A DNA stretch of 64,000 nt from Candidatus Bathyarchaeota archaeon (GTDB taxonomy: Archaea > Thermoproteota > Bathyarchaeia > Bathyarchaeales > Bathycorpusculaceae), in NCBI GenBank assembly GCA_963832745.1, contig CAWHVC010000001.1, positions 640,001 to 704,000 on the forward strand, written 5' to 3'. How positions within the stretch are numbered: the first letter of the stretch is position 1; every line of letters starts with the position of its first letter. The notes under the pieces were generated by a model. It worked only from the letters and a program-made list of their open reading frames with translations, had not been told where the DNA came from and searched no databases. A program made the translations under genes and the position numbers. Positions 19,400-29,625 of the stretch are shown here, piece after piece.

Positions 19400-20599
19400 T
19401 TATTCTCTCCCTAAAATTGTTGCATACGCTTTAGTGCCGAAACCTTCAAACTCCAACGAGCCGCCAAGTTTGGGAACGGCGCCGTCAATGGTTACTTGAC
19501 GTTGATCAGCTTTTCCGGTTAATTGACGGAAGATTTCGTAAATTTGTGCTCCACCAGTTGCACCCAATGGGTTGCCGTCAGCTTTTAAACCGCCATCCAT
19601 GTTAACGTACAATTCTTTGCCGTCAATTTCGTAGCAGCCTTTGCTGTTTGGATATGAGTCAGCTATGCTTTTCCAGGCAGTTCCAGCAGTGCAGTACCCT
19701 AAGTCTTCAAGAGAAACCATTTCCATCATGGTGGATTGGTCGTTAACTTCCCAAAGCTTGATGTCCCAAGGTGACAGTTTGCTGGTTTGAAGGGCTTTTT
19801 TCATGGCGATTTGTGTCGCAACAAAATAGCTTAACTCGTCTCGAGCTGAATAGTCAAGATAATCTGTTGCCGAGCCACAACCGTAAATATACACGGGGTT
19901 TGCGCCCATCTTTTTGGCGACTTCTTCACTTGTAAGAATCAAAGCCGCTGCACCATCAGTAACCGGAGCAAAATCAAATAACCCTAAAGCTTTGTTTGCA
20001 GCTTTCCGCGAACTTAACACACTTTCCAAACTGATTTTACGTTGATACTGCGCATAAGGGTTTTTTGAGCCGTTAGCATGATTCTTGATTGCCACTTGTG
20101 CTAAAGCATTGTAAAGTTTTTCAAGGTTTTCACCATTTATACCGTGCTTTTTGATGTAAGCACGAAGCATAAGTTCATGGTTTGCCTCGGGCGTTCCCCC
20201 TGCGTAATAACTCCAAGGGTCTTCAAGCAGCATAAGGTCATCACGGATTTTATCCCAGCGGTCAGTCATCTTTTCAATACCGCCGACTAGAACGGTACTG
20301 TAAACGCCTGCTTGTATGGCGTGGCATGCAGTTTTTAATGCAGCACTAAAAGACCTTGTTACTTCCATGGGAACGTGAAGCTCAGTTAATTCAGAAAGAA
20401 AACCTTCTTCTAAACCAAGCTTGTTGGTGATTGGCAAAAAACAGTCAGACATGTAGCATGCTTCTAAATTTTTGCGTTCAAGATTGCATTCGTTTGAGGC
20501 TGCAAGCCAGGCTTCTTCTATTAGTTTTTCTGGCTCTTTGCCGTAATGTTCTCCAAACTTTGTTCGGCCAACAGCAACTATTACGGGACGATTCTGCAT
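19400..20599 (-). CDS. Archaeal thiolase-fold protein lacking canonical catalytic residues
   Basis: GRTKFG, GGIEKMTD, KNHANG..NPYA, DGAAA, N.DGGL; but EAACASG is replaced by VTRSFS, EVHDCF by EVNDQS and GHP by GNP. Confidence 0.85.
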   Translation of the reverse strand: MQNRPVIVAVGRTKFGEHYGKEPEKLIEEAWLAASNECNLERKNLEACYMSDCFLPITNKLGLEEGFLSELTELHVPMEVTRSFSAALKTACHAIQAGVYSTVLVGGIEKMTDRWDKIRDDLMLLEDPWSYYAGGTPEANHELMLRAYIKKHGINGENLEKLYNALAQVAIKNHANGSKNPYAQYQRKISLESVLSSRKAANKALGLFDFAPVTDGAAALILTSEEVAKKMGANPVYIYGCGSATDYLDYSARDELSYFVATQIAMKKALQTSKLSPWDIKLWEVNDQSTMMEMVSLEDLGYCTAGTAWKSIADSYPNSKGCYEIDGKELYVNMDGGLKADGNPLGATGGAQIYEIFRQLTGKADQRQVTIDGAVPKLGGSLEFEGFGTKAYATILGRE

Positions 20600-20716
20600 A
20601 ACTTGTCTTCTTCCCTTGATTAATAGCAGTACAAATTTTCTAAAAAGACTATTAAATATTTGCCATATTTACCAAGTTTAAACCTGAAAAATACAGCTAG
20701 CAAGCCCTAAACCGTT

Positions 20717-22117
20717 TTAGGCATGATTATGGTTAGTTATCTCGTTTTCAATGATTTTTTCACGTAAGTTTTTGATTAATTCTTGCAATTTTTGGCTTAA
20801 CTCTACAGGATACACTTCAGCTTCAGTTAGCAGCTTATGCTTTTCTGGAAGCTTGGCAAGGTTTTCAGCGGCAAAATCCTTAATTTGAGTCAACGACGGC
20901 AAAGTGTAAGTTAATTTGCCCTCAGACATAACCTTAACAAGCAACGGTTCAGCATCCACCCTTTCAGAAGCCAACGCAATAACATCCCGCACGTAATTGC
21001 CTTCATCATCCTTGTAACGGTAAACTTGTTTGCGACCAGGCAAAGTTAACTTGTCAGTGCTTAGTTTCATGATAGGCGAATAAACATTTGGCGCCGTCAA
21101 GGTTTCGCACAGTTTATAGATAACATCAAGATAAGGCTTGTCAGAAGAAGTCCCCATTTTGGTGCCTACACCAAAAGAGTCAATTTTTGCGCCTTTACTA
21201 AGTAGTTCAGCAATGCGAAATTCTTCCAAGTCACCGCTAACAAAGATTTTAACGTATCCCAAATCGTTGTCGTCAAGGATTTTTCTGATTTTTTTGCTGG
21301 TTTCCGCTAAATCTCCGCTGTCCAACCTGACGCCGCCGAGCCTGAACCCTTTCGCTTCAAGCTCCTTAGCTACAATGACTGCTTTTTCCAAGCCTGCAAT
21401 GTCATTGTAAGTATCAATCAGCAGCGTGGATTTGTCGGGGAAGGTTTTGGCGAATGCACGGAAAGCGTCAAGCTCTTTTGGGTAAGACATTATGAAGGAG
21501 TGCGCCATGGTTCCAAAGACGGGGATGTCGTAAGCCATGCCTGCAAGCACGTTGGATGTTCCTTTGCAGCCGGCGATGTAGCTGCTACGTGCTACTTTCA
21601 TCCCTGCATCTATGCCCTGTTCTCGGCGTAAACCGAATTCGATTACAGTTTTGCCTTTTGCGGCGTGTATGACGCGGCTGGCTTTTGTTGACATGGTAGT
21701 TTGTAGGTTAACGGTGTTTAGAACGAATGTTTCAACAATTTGGGCTTCAATAATTGGCGCAGTAATGCGGACTAAGGGTTCGTTGGGGAAAGCAACGGTG
21801 CCTTCGGGGACTGCCCAAACGTCGCCTGTGAATTTGAAGTTTCGCAGGTAATCAAGAAACTGCTGATTGAAACCTTGCCGTTTTAGGTAGGCGAGATGCT
21901 GCTCAGTGAATTTGATGTTTTGCAGGTAAAGCAGGATTTGTTCCAACCCGGTGAATAGGAAGTAGGAACGGTTTTCAGGCAGACGCCTAATAAACAAATC
22001 AAACGTGGCGGGTTCAAAGTTTTTGTTGTCAAAATACGCCGCGCACATTGTTAATTCGTAAAAGTCTGTAAAGAGGCTCATGTCTTCTTCGTTATAGGCG
22101 CCAAGAAACGGATTCAT
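20717..22117 (-). CDS. pncB: Nicotinate phosphoribosyltransferase
   Basis: FTDFYELTM, EFGLRR, TSN, GTMAHS, LIDTY, VRLDSGD, FGVGT. Confidence 0.92.
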   Translation of the reverse strand: MNPFLGAYNEEDMSLFTDFYELTMCAAYFDNKNFEPATFDLFIRRLPENRSYFLFTGLEQILLYLQNIKFTEQHLAYLKRQGFNQQFLDYLRNFKFTGDVWAVPEGTVAFPNEPLVRITAPIIEAQIVETFVLNTVNLQTTMSTKASRVIHAAKGKTVIEFGLRREQGIDAGMKVARSSYIAGCKGTSNVLAGMAYDIPVFGTMAHSFIMSYPKELDAFRAFAKTFPDKSTLLIDTYNDIAGLEKAVIVAKELEAKGFRLGGVRLDSGDLAETSKKIRKILDDNDLGYVKIFVSGDLEEFRIAELLSKGAKIDSFGVGTKMGTSSDKPYLDVIYKLCETLTAPNVYSPIMKLSTDKLTLPGRKQVYRYKDDEGNYVRDVIALASERVDAEPLLVKVMSEGKLTYTLPSLTQIKDFAAENLAKLPEKHKLLTEAEVYPVELSQKLQELIKNLREKIIENEITNHNHA

Positions 22118-22202
22118 GATAGCTTAGAGGAAATGTTTACGATTTAATTCTTTCTAGCATAAGCCAACCGGTTCCTTAAAGTAAAAGGCTCCGAAAAGTG
22201 GG

Positions 22203-23105
22203 TTAAGGCGGAATGACGCCCATCCTGGAGCATTCTTCTTTTAAGCTGTCACGGATTTGTTTTAAGCTTTGACGTTTCTGCACGTACTCGTCACCTGTGA
22301 TTTTTTCGGTTCTAAAGTCGCTGTCAAGCTGGGTTAACTGGATGCTTATTTCTGTAATTCGCTCTTTTAGGTGGTCAACGTATGAACCTGCTTGTTCCTT
22401 AACTGTTACATCAGAAGGAGCTATCGAGGTTTTTATTACACCGTCTTCAATGCGCAGTATTCGATGTGAAGCGCGGGCTACGTTTGGGTCATGCGTAACC
22501 ATAATGATAGTTTTGCCCAGTCCTTCATTGATTTTGACTAGGTACTCCACGATTAATCTTGCGTTTGCAGTATCCAACTCGCCAGTTGGTTCATCAGCCA
22601 AAAGCACAGGTGCATCATTAGCCAAAGCGGCTGCAATAGCGATTCTTTGCTGTTCACCACCGCTCAACTCCTCAGGTTTATGCTCTGCACGTTCTTGCAA
22701 ACCAACGGTTTCCAGCAGTTCTTGCACTCGTTGCTTGCGTTGTCCTCGAGGAACACCTGAGGCTACCATGGAAAATTCAATATTTTCTTTAGCTGACAAG
22801 GTAGGAATCAGGTTGAGGTTTTGGAATATGTGACCAACAGTTTTTCTTCTAAAATCAACGAGTTGGTTTACTGAATAGCTGGTTATGGCATTTTCTCCGA
22901 CGTAAACAGTCCCTGCAGTAGCATTGTCAAGACCACCGATGATGTTCAGCAGTGTGGATTTGCCGCTTCCGCTTGGACCAATAATGGAGACAAGCTCGCC
23001 TGATTTTATGTCAAGGTTTAAGCCACGTAGGGCTTGTACTTCAATTTTTCCAGTCTTGTGAACTTTTACGAGGTCTCTGATTTTAATGTTTAATCCGTTG
23101 TTCAT
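22203..23105 (-). CDS. ABC transporter ATP-binding protein (LolD/MacB type) with C-terminal helical extension
   Basis: GPSGSGKS, LSGGEQQR, LADEPTG, VTHD. Confidence 0.92.
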   Translation of the reverse strand: MNNGLNIKIRDLVKVHKTGKIEVQALRGLNLDIKSGELVSIIGPSGSGKSTLLNIIGGLDNATAGTVYVGENAITSYSVNQLVDFRRKTVGHIFQNLNLIPTLSAKENIEFSMVASGVPRGQRKQRVQELLETVGLQERAEHKPEELSGGEQQRIAIAAALANDAPVLLADEPTGELDTANARLIVEYLVKINEGLGKTIIMVTHDPNVARASHRILRIEDGVIKTSIAPSDVTVKEQAGSYVDHLKERITEISIQLTQLDSDFRTEKITGDEYVQKRQSLKQIRDSLKEECSRMGVIPP

Positions 23106-25921
23106 CTTGATCTCACCATTTTATCAAGTTTAGTAACATATTGTCTTGTCATAATCAAAACTGAGAGTATCATGGCACCGTAAATCATGGCTATGTATGA
23201 AGCCACAGTTGTGATTGACTCAAAAGAGAAAACCACGTGTCTTGTCAAAATTAACCCGGTTGCAGCAGTAGACGTTACTGTTCCATAAACAATTACTGAA
23301 CCTACAGCTAGCCCGAAAACAACCGAAAATGTAATGACTGCAATGTTTTCAGTCAAAAACATCCAAACAAGTTGCCAGTAAGACAGACCTCTTACACTCA
23401 TCAAAGTGGCTTCACGATTGCGCTCCTTTAAACTAACAAGACCCACAAGTGCGGTTCCAACTGAAGCAGAAAGCACCGCAAAGATTAAGCCCAATTGTTG
23501 AACTTCCAAAATTTGTAGGCTACCGTAAGTAGTGTAACTATTTTTCTGCTGGGATAACGCCCATTGTTCATCAAAAGATGTTACTCCTAAAACTTCCAAG
23601 TTTAGTTTTCTTATTTGTTCTGCAACATTAGTTCCGTTTACGCCGTCTTGAAGCTTAATCAGCATTGTTGTATCGAAGCGTTCAAGCGGGTAAGCATCGC
23701 TTCCAATGGTCATATTGAAAAGGTTTCGGGGTACATATGACCATGTTTGAGAAGCACTCAGTCGACTCCCTATGCCCGTTTGGACTTGGACTGGTTCAGG
23801 ACCGTAAAAACCAACTACTGTTAATTTTCTGCCACCTGAATGGAAATTGATGCCCAATTGGTCACCGACAGTAACGTTTAATCGTTCAGCTTCAATTTTT
23901 TCTAAAATAATTGTCATGTTATCATTTTTTAGAGCATTCATCGCTTCGTCCATGCTTGCTCCAGTGAACCATTCTGGCTCAAAATAAGCGGATGCTTGCC
24001 AAGAGTCGGGGTCAATTGTCTTCACATAACTTCTTCCTGACACTTGAGAATCTTGTTCAAGTTGAGATTCTATGGTGTAGTTTTTAATCCCTGAAACATT
24101 TGCTAAAATGTTTGCCACTATTTCAGGAGTTTGAGAAGCGTTAGTGATGCTTATGCTGATGTCAGCGCCAACATCGGCACGAACCGCTCTTACTGCAAAA
24201 TCCTGTTCGCTTGCTATTTGCCCTGTTACTTGAACACTGTAACCAACGATGAATGCAACCAAGAAAGCTATAGCCGCTAACCTTTTAGGGTTTCGTCTAA
24301 CATTCTTTGCTGCTAAAGCCCCTAAGTCACCCATAACAATTGAAAATTTAGTTGTCAACTGCTGGAACTTAAGAGAGTTTTCGATGAACAGTTTAATAGT
24401 ACCCCAGAAGAACAGCATCGGTCCAAAATAGGTCAAGAACAAATCGAAATAAGTGAAAACCACCAGTAGCAACGCTGTGATGCCACCTGTAGAAGAAATA
24501 GCCTGTTGTCTCAGCATTTCTGGAAAATTCATGCCTGAAGCGAACTCTACCATCTTGTAGCTTCCGAGAATAAAAGCTATCCATGGTAATTTCTTTCGTA
24601 AAGAGCTACCTGAATCAGAACCTAAATAGTCTCTTAGCGCCTGAACTGTTGGCAATTTTGAAGCTTTTCTTGCGGAACTAAACGTTGAAAATAAGGCTAT
24701 AATCATGCCGAAAATAATTGTTGCTAACATTACTACTGGGCTGAAAAGTTGAGGATTAAACAGTGTGTTGATGTTCAACTCGCCTATAAACACTTGATTT
24801 AGGGCTAAAGCACAAACCACACCAATTACTCCACCGATGAAACCGATGGTTAATGATTCAATTAGAAACATTCTTTGAATTTGTCCGCTTGACAATCCCT
24901 TAGTAGACAATAACCCGATCTCACGCCTACGCAGGTTGTATGAAACATCGGAGACAGTTGACCCTAAATACCAAGCTACAATAAAAACTGGAAGAGAAAT
25001 TATGAAGAAGCTGATTTGGGTATAAAAGAAGCTTGATTCAAAATTTGATAATATATCGCCTAAAAGATTAGTTACACGATTATATGATTCAAATTGAGCT
25101 AAAACTGTATTTTGGATTTTATCCGCTATTGTCTGAATGTTTTTTGCCGAGGTTGTGGTGTCCCAGGGGTTCAAAAGTTTGTCATGGTCAACATTGATTC
25201 TGAATGTAGCACTCATAGCACTGTTAGTGATGTTAGACCACAGTTTAACAAAAGTAGAGTTCCAACCAACAATCATTGTATCTTGCTGATAATTATAACG
25301 CTCAATAGAACCACTCGAACCAGAAGAAGAGGGAATGTAGCTGTAGCCAGAAAGATATGCGTAGCCTTTATCAGTTAAATCCGCATAGCCCGCGACAGTC
25401 AAGTTGATAGGAATATATGTTGAATTGTAATACTTGGGCATTGGAAAAGACATTGAAGTTGAAATGTTATCGCCAATCTCTACTCTGTCCTTAAAGAAAT
25501 TGCCGACGATAATGTAAGTTTGATTTTCTCCGATTTCACCATCAGGCTTGTTTATCCATTCGTTATTGATTAATTCTGAGTCGGGGAAAACAACTATAGG
25601 TATGTACCAGTTTGATGTAAAATTATCGCTAGGCAACTTAGCGGTTTGATAGAGCCTACTTACTACCGCCAAGCTTTTTACCCCTTCAATACTTGAAATG
25701 TTATTCATTGCCCAAGCAAGGTCAGTTGAGTTAAGATTGACGGTAAATTCCAAGTCAGAGGTAACTTGGCTCAACTGTTTATCTAATGCCTCTTTACCGG
25801 CAAGATTTGTTTTAATGTTTACAGCTGCAAAGAATGTTGATGCAAGTATTATTCCGATTAGCAGTGCAACGAATAGTTTCCAGTTGCGGGTAACTCGTTT
25901 GAAGGGGTATAGTAGAGGCAT
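23102..25921 (-). CDS. FtsX/MacB-like ABC permease with duplicated domains
   Basis: Two RRREIGLL/RNREATLM..G motifs and two large extracellular loops; overlaps the ATPase start. Confidence 0.88.
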   Translation of the reverse strand: MPLLYPFKRVTRNWKLFVALLIGIILASTFFAAVNIKTNLAGKEALDKQLSQVTSDLEFTVNLNSTDLAWAMNNISSIEGVKSLAVVSRLYQTAKLPSDNFTSNWYIPIVVFPDSELINNEWINKPDGEIGENQTYIIVGNFFKDRVEIGDNISTSMSFPMPKYYNSTYIPINLTVAGYADLTDKGYAYLSGYSYIPSSSGSSGSIERYNYQQDTMIVGWNSTFVKLWSNITNSAMSATFRINVDHDKLLNPWDTTTSAKNIQTIADKIQNTVLAQFESYNRVTNLLGDILSNFESSFFYTQISFFIISLPVFIVAWYLGSTVSDVSYNLRRREIGLLSTKGLSSGQIQRMFLIESLTIGFIGGVIGVVCALALNQVFIGELNINTLFNPQLFSPVVMLATIIFGMIIALFSTFSSARKASKLPTVQALRDYLGSDSGSSLRKKLPWIAFILGSYKMVEFASGMNFPEMLRQQAISSTGGITALLLVVFTYFDLFLTYFGPMLFFWGTIKLFIENSLKFQQLTTKFSIVMGDLGALAAKNVRRNPKRLAAIAFLVAFIVGYSVQVTGQIASEQDFAVRAVRADVGADISISITNASQTPEIVANILANVSGIKNYTIESQLEQDSQVSGRSYVKTIDPDSWQASAYFEPEWFTGASMDEAMNALKNDNMTIILEKIEAERLNVTVGDQLGINFHSGGRKLTVVGFYGPEPVQVQTGIGSRLSASQTWSYVPRNLFNMTIGSDAYPLERFDTTMLIKLQDGVNGTNVAEQIRKLNLEVLGVTSFDEQWALSQQKNSYTTYGSLQILEVQQLGLIFAVLSASVGTALVGLVSLKERNREATLMSVRGLSYWQLVWMFLTENIAVITFSVVFGLAVGSVIVYGTVTSTAATGLILTRHVVFSFESITTVASYIAMIYGAMILSVLIMTRQYVTKLDKMVRSR

Positions 25922-26133
25922 TAAGTATCAAGCCTTATTCTATCAATTGCTTTTTAAGTCTACGCTTTAGGACACCTAAAAAGGCAAAAAGAACAGCCGT
26001 TACAAGCTAAAGTTTTTATCAAGAAGCGTATGAAAGAACTAATTATGCATTAAAACAACGAGTTAAATCCTACAAACACCCAAACCATAAAGAACCAATA
26101 ACGTAAAAACAAAAAAAGAAAAAGGGAAAAAGT

Positions 26134-28776
26134 TTAGTGTCTTCTAAGAACTAAAGCGCCAACGATGCCTATCGCAATCAAAATGACGACTATACCGATG
26201 ATGAAGTAAGTCATTAAGTCAGCTGTTGTTGCTACTGTTCCTCCACCGGTTGGTGTCGGCGTTGGAGATGTTTGTCCACCCTCAGCTACATTAACGAATG
26301 CTGTAGCGTAAGAGCTTCCGTAGGAATCATCGCCCATAAAGGTTGCAATAATTCGGTAGTCACCAGCTGTTGACGGAATAGTCCACGTGTAACCGAAAGC
26401 ACCTGAAGCGTCGCTTGTGACGTCTGCTACATGTATGTAGTTGTTGTTGGGGTCAAATACGTCAATTGATACTGGGACACCAGTTATGGTTACGTTATGG
26501 TAGTATCCGTCGATTGGCATCTGGAAATGCAGGTAATCCATCCATGTAGACATTGAATCAGCAGAAACACATGGCGTTCCAGATTGAGCGGGGGACATAT
26601 CAAGAATTGAACCAGCTATCACGACGCCTTGGCCTTGAGTCAATTCCGTTTGTGGCGCAGTCAAAGTAAGAGAACTTTGACCTTTACCTATCACATAGAA
26701 GTAACCGCTATAACTGCTTGAAGCCGTTAAGTAACCGTCTGATGCTCCACCTGGACCAAGGTTTGCACCACTTATCTTCCACATAAAGTCGCCGTCAGTT
26801 ACATTAAGGCAAATTAGGCCCCAACCTCTTGTGGCAGGTTGTGTTGGCGTGTGTTCATTATTTTGTACGTAGACTTTTCCGTCAGCTATTCGGATTGTTT
26901 GAACTGCATAGACTTCTTGAGTAATATTGCTGTTGTAGGGAGTTTCAAACGGAACTGAAGGATCAGCGTAATGCCAGACTATGTCACCGTTGGTTTCGTT
27001 GAAAGCCCAAACACCAGTATAACCAACTCCTAGAACCATGTCATTGTATGCAGCAATGTCGTAAAGCCAAAATTCGCCCCATGGGTAATCGTTGATTTCA
27101 GTTTGCCAAAGAATATCACCAGTGTGTAAATCGCGTGCTTGCACGTAACCTCGTTCCATTTCAGCTATGTATCGTCCATGTCTTGCCCACGCATTAGTTG
27201 GTCTGTATGCTGACTCCATCAAATCGACAGGTGTACTTACGTTCCATATTAGTTGACCCGTAGTTACGTCTACTGCTTGATATGTTGAACCATAGAAGCC
27301 ACCATTTACGAATCTGCTTTGAATAACAGTTATACCAGCTTCAGGGTCATAAGCACCCAAGTTGCCATAAGCTCCAACTTGATAAAGCGTTCTAAGGCTT
27401 GTTGGAAGAATGCCACTAACATTGTTCATAATTCTGGTAGTGAAGTTTGTGGATGATCCCTGTGATGTCCAGTTTATCCAGTTGCCAGTGTAAGTAGTTG
27501 TAACAGTGATGTTTGCTTGTGTAACATTAATTGAGCCTGTATTCTGGAAAGCCAAGAAGTAGCCGTTACGGTAGTACAATTCTTGAGAGCCAGGCGAGGC
27601 ACCCATACTGGGTAACGAAATGTTAGCTGCAATTGCACCTGTTAAGGGATTAACTTTGTAAAGCCGATTTGCACTCACTGTTATTAATTCGGCACCGATA
27701 CCTGCGGCCGATCCTGCGCCGGGAACGGCTGTATCAACTCCTTGCCAGTATGCAATGTGTGTCGGTGTTATGCCGCCTTGGGCAACAGGAATAGCATAGT
27801 ACTGTTGTCCTGTTTGCAGGTCATAGCAGACGGCACAGCTTGTTGGGACACCGTTTATTGGAACAGTTTTTGTTTGGTAGCATCTGCCCATGAAAATTAC
27901 GCTTGGCAAGCCAGGCGCGCTAAGTGAAGAGTACTGTCCAGCTTCACCGCCAATAATTCCTGCTATTCCACCAAGTTCTTGCCACAGAATATGTGGTGTG
28001 TTCGGTGCGGTAACATATGGACCGTAATAGTTTTCTCTGTCGCTTGCTTGAGTTGGTGAGCCTTCAAATTCTGCCCATGGATAGTTGCCGGCGATAGTGT
28101 ACCATTCTCTGTTGTTAGGCAATATTGGTCGCGTCCAGAAATCAGTTGGAAGATTTGACTGCCAAGAAGCCACAATATCCTGTTGAACCGTTAAAATTGT
28201 TACAGGAGATTGTGCGGGTGCAACGAAAACTGATGGGTTATAGATTGCAGTGCTGAAATTGCCTGTACGAGTTGCAGAATACATTCCGTCCATCCAGTAT
28301 CCTGCGGGGAACCATTCACCGGCAAAAGAGAACTGGAATTTCCATTCGCCCACTTGATCAACGACATAAGTGAAATAGCTTGTTCCATCGGCAACGTATG
28401 ACTTAAGGTCTACAAGTTCGGTTGTGCCATCTGGCTTTGTAATGTTTACCGTGTATCCTACCATGTATTTGCCTTCGCCTGAAGGGAAAGTAATCCACAC
28501 GTTAACTAGGAGTTCTTGTCCATAACCGATAGGGTTAGGTGAAACACTTAGAAAAGCTAGTGGATAAATTGTGTAGTCGGGTGTTTCTCCTGTGGGTACA
28601 GTGGTGGGTCCTTCATAGCCTGCAATTGGTTGTCCACCGTGTGATGTTATTCCACCTTGGATTTCTTGGGTTCCTTGTGCTTCTACTGAATCGCCCATTG
28701 TTACTATAAAAGTAGATATTAAAAGCACAGTAACGATTGCTATTGATTTCAAAATATTTGTTTTAGAATTTTTCAT
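26134..28776 (-). CDS. Secreted PQQ-like beta-propeller protein with PT linker and C-terminal TM anchor
   Basis: Signal peptide, TGQLIW/TGDILW/NGDIVW/DGDFMW blades, TPCVSADSMSTWMDYL motif, SPTPTPT linker, TM and RRH. Confidence 0.8.
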   Translation of the reverse strand: MKNSKTNILKSIAIVTVLLISTFIVTMGDSVEAQGTQEIQGGITSHGGQPIAGYEGPTTVPTGETPDYTIYPLAFLSVSPNPIGYGQELLVNVWITFPSGEGKYMVGYTVNITKPDGTTELVDLKSYVADGTSYFTYVVDQVGEWKFQFSFAGEWFPAGYWMDGMYSATRTGNFSTAIYNPSVFVAPAQSPVTILTVQQDIVASWQSNLPTDFWTRPILPNNREWYTIAGNYPWAEFEGSPTQASDRENYYGPYVTAPNTPHILWQELGGIAGIIGGEAGQYSSLSAPGLPSVIFMGRCYQTKTVPINGVPTSCAVCYDLQTGQQYYAIPVAQGGITPTHIAYWQGVDTAVPGAGSAAGIGAELITVSANRLYKVNPLTGAIAANISLPSMGASPGSQELYYRNGYFLAFQNTGSINVTQANITVTTTYTGNWINWTSQGSSTNFTTRIMNNVSGILPTSLRTLYQVGAYGNLGAYDPEAGITVIQSRFVNGGFYGSTYQAVDVTTGQLIWNVSTPVDLMESAYRPTNAWARHGRYIAEMERGYVQARDLHTGDILWQTEINDYPWGEFWLYDIAAYNDMVLGVGYTGVWAFNETNGDIVWHYADPSVPFETPYNSNITQEVYAVQTIRIADGKVYVQNNEHTPTQPATRGWGLICLNVTDGDFMWKISGANLGPGGASDGYLTASSSYSGYFYVIGKGQSSLTLTAPQTELTQGQGVVIAGSILDMSPAQSGTPCVSADSMSTWMDYLHFQMPIDGYYHNVTITGVPVSIDVFDPNNNYIHVADVTSDASGAFGYTWTIPSTAGDYRIIATFMGDDSYGSSYATAFVNVAEGGQTSPTPTPTGGGTVATTADLMTYFIIGIVVILIAIGIVGALVLRRH

Positions 28777-29025
28777 CGATTTTTCACTTTTAAAAATAGA
28801 GAGCGCTTTAATAGACTAACTTTTTTAAAAATAATCTAGAAAAAACGCTCAATCCATTATTATGCAAAATCCCACCTATAAAGTGATAGGTAAAAGGATA
28901 AGCACCATACCTAAACATCTAAAATTCAATAAAACCACCATTTTTAAGGAAAACCATGTGCCGGTCGAACAGTTTACCGCCTTTGCTTTTGAAACTCTTA
29001 TATACGTCAAGTGCTAATTCACTGA

Positions 29026-29343
29026 TTGAGTGTCATGGCTGAAGTTTGTTCAACGTGCGGGCTCCCAAAAGATTTATGCGTTTGCGGAGAAATTGAAAAA
29101 GAGCAACAAAGAATTCGCATAAGACTTGAAACACGCAAGTTTGGTAGACCAACTACGATAATTGATGGTATCGACGATAAAAACTCGAACCTCCAAAACA
29201 TTGCTCAGAAGTTAAAAGGCTATTGTGCCTGTGGTGGAACACACAAAAACGGGCAAATAATGCTTCAAGGCGATCATCGAGACAGAGTGCGTGAATTCTT
29301 GATTAAAACTGGTTACCCGCAAGAAAACATTGAACTCCAATAA
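29026..29343 (+). CDS. sui1: Translation initiation factor aIF1 (SUI1)
   Basis: CSTCGLPKDLCVC, RKFGRPTT, CACGGT, LQGDHRD. Confidence 0.93.
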   Translation: MSVMAEVCSTCGLPKDLCVCGEIEKEQQRIRIRLETRKFGRPTTIIDGIDDKNSNLQNIAQKLKGYCACGGTHKNGQIMLQGDHRDRVREFLIKTGYPQENIELQ

Positions 29344-29378
29344 ACCCACCATTTATTGCAAACTTTAAAGGGTGTAGA

Positions 29379-29594
29379 ATGAAAAAGTTAGATAGCTTCC
29401 GCGAGATTTTCAAAACGGTTAAACATAGAAAACCTTGTCAATTTTTTTGTCCAAGATGCGCCAGCCCAAAAATTCGTTTGTCCAGCAGTCTTGATTTATG
29501 GTTAACCCCTAGATCATATATTTGTGAAAACTGTGGATACACAGGGTTAATAGTAATGGAACTTGAAAAAGAAGACAGCTCAAAAGAAAAATAA
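29379..29594 (+). CDS. Small zinc-ribbon protein
   Basis: FCPRCAS...YICENCGYTG; downstream of sui1. Confidence 0.7.
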   Translation: MKKLDSFREIFKTVKHRKPCQFFCPRCASPKIRLSSSLDLWLTPRSYICENCGYTGLIVMELEKEDSSKEK

Positions 29595-29625
29595 GAATTG
29601 TTGAAAAAGGAAAAATGCCCGGTTT

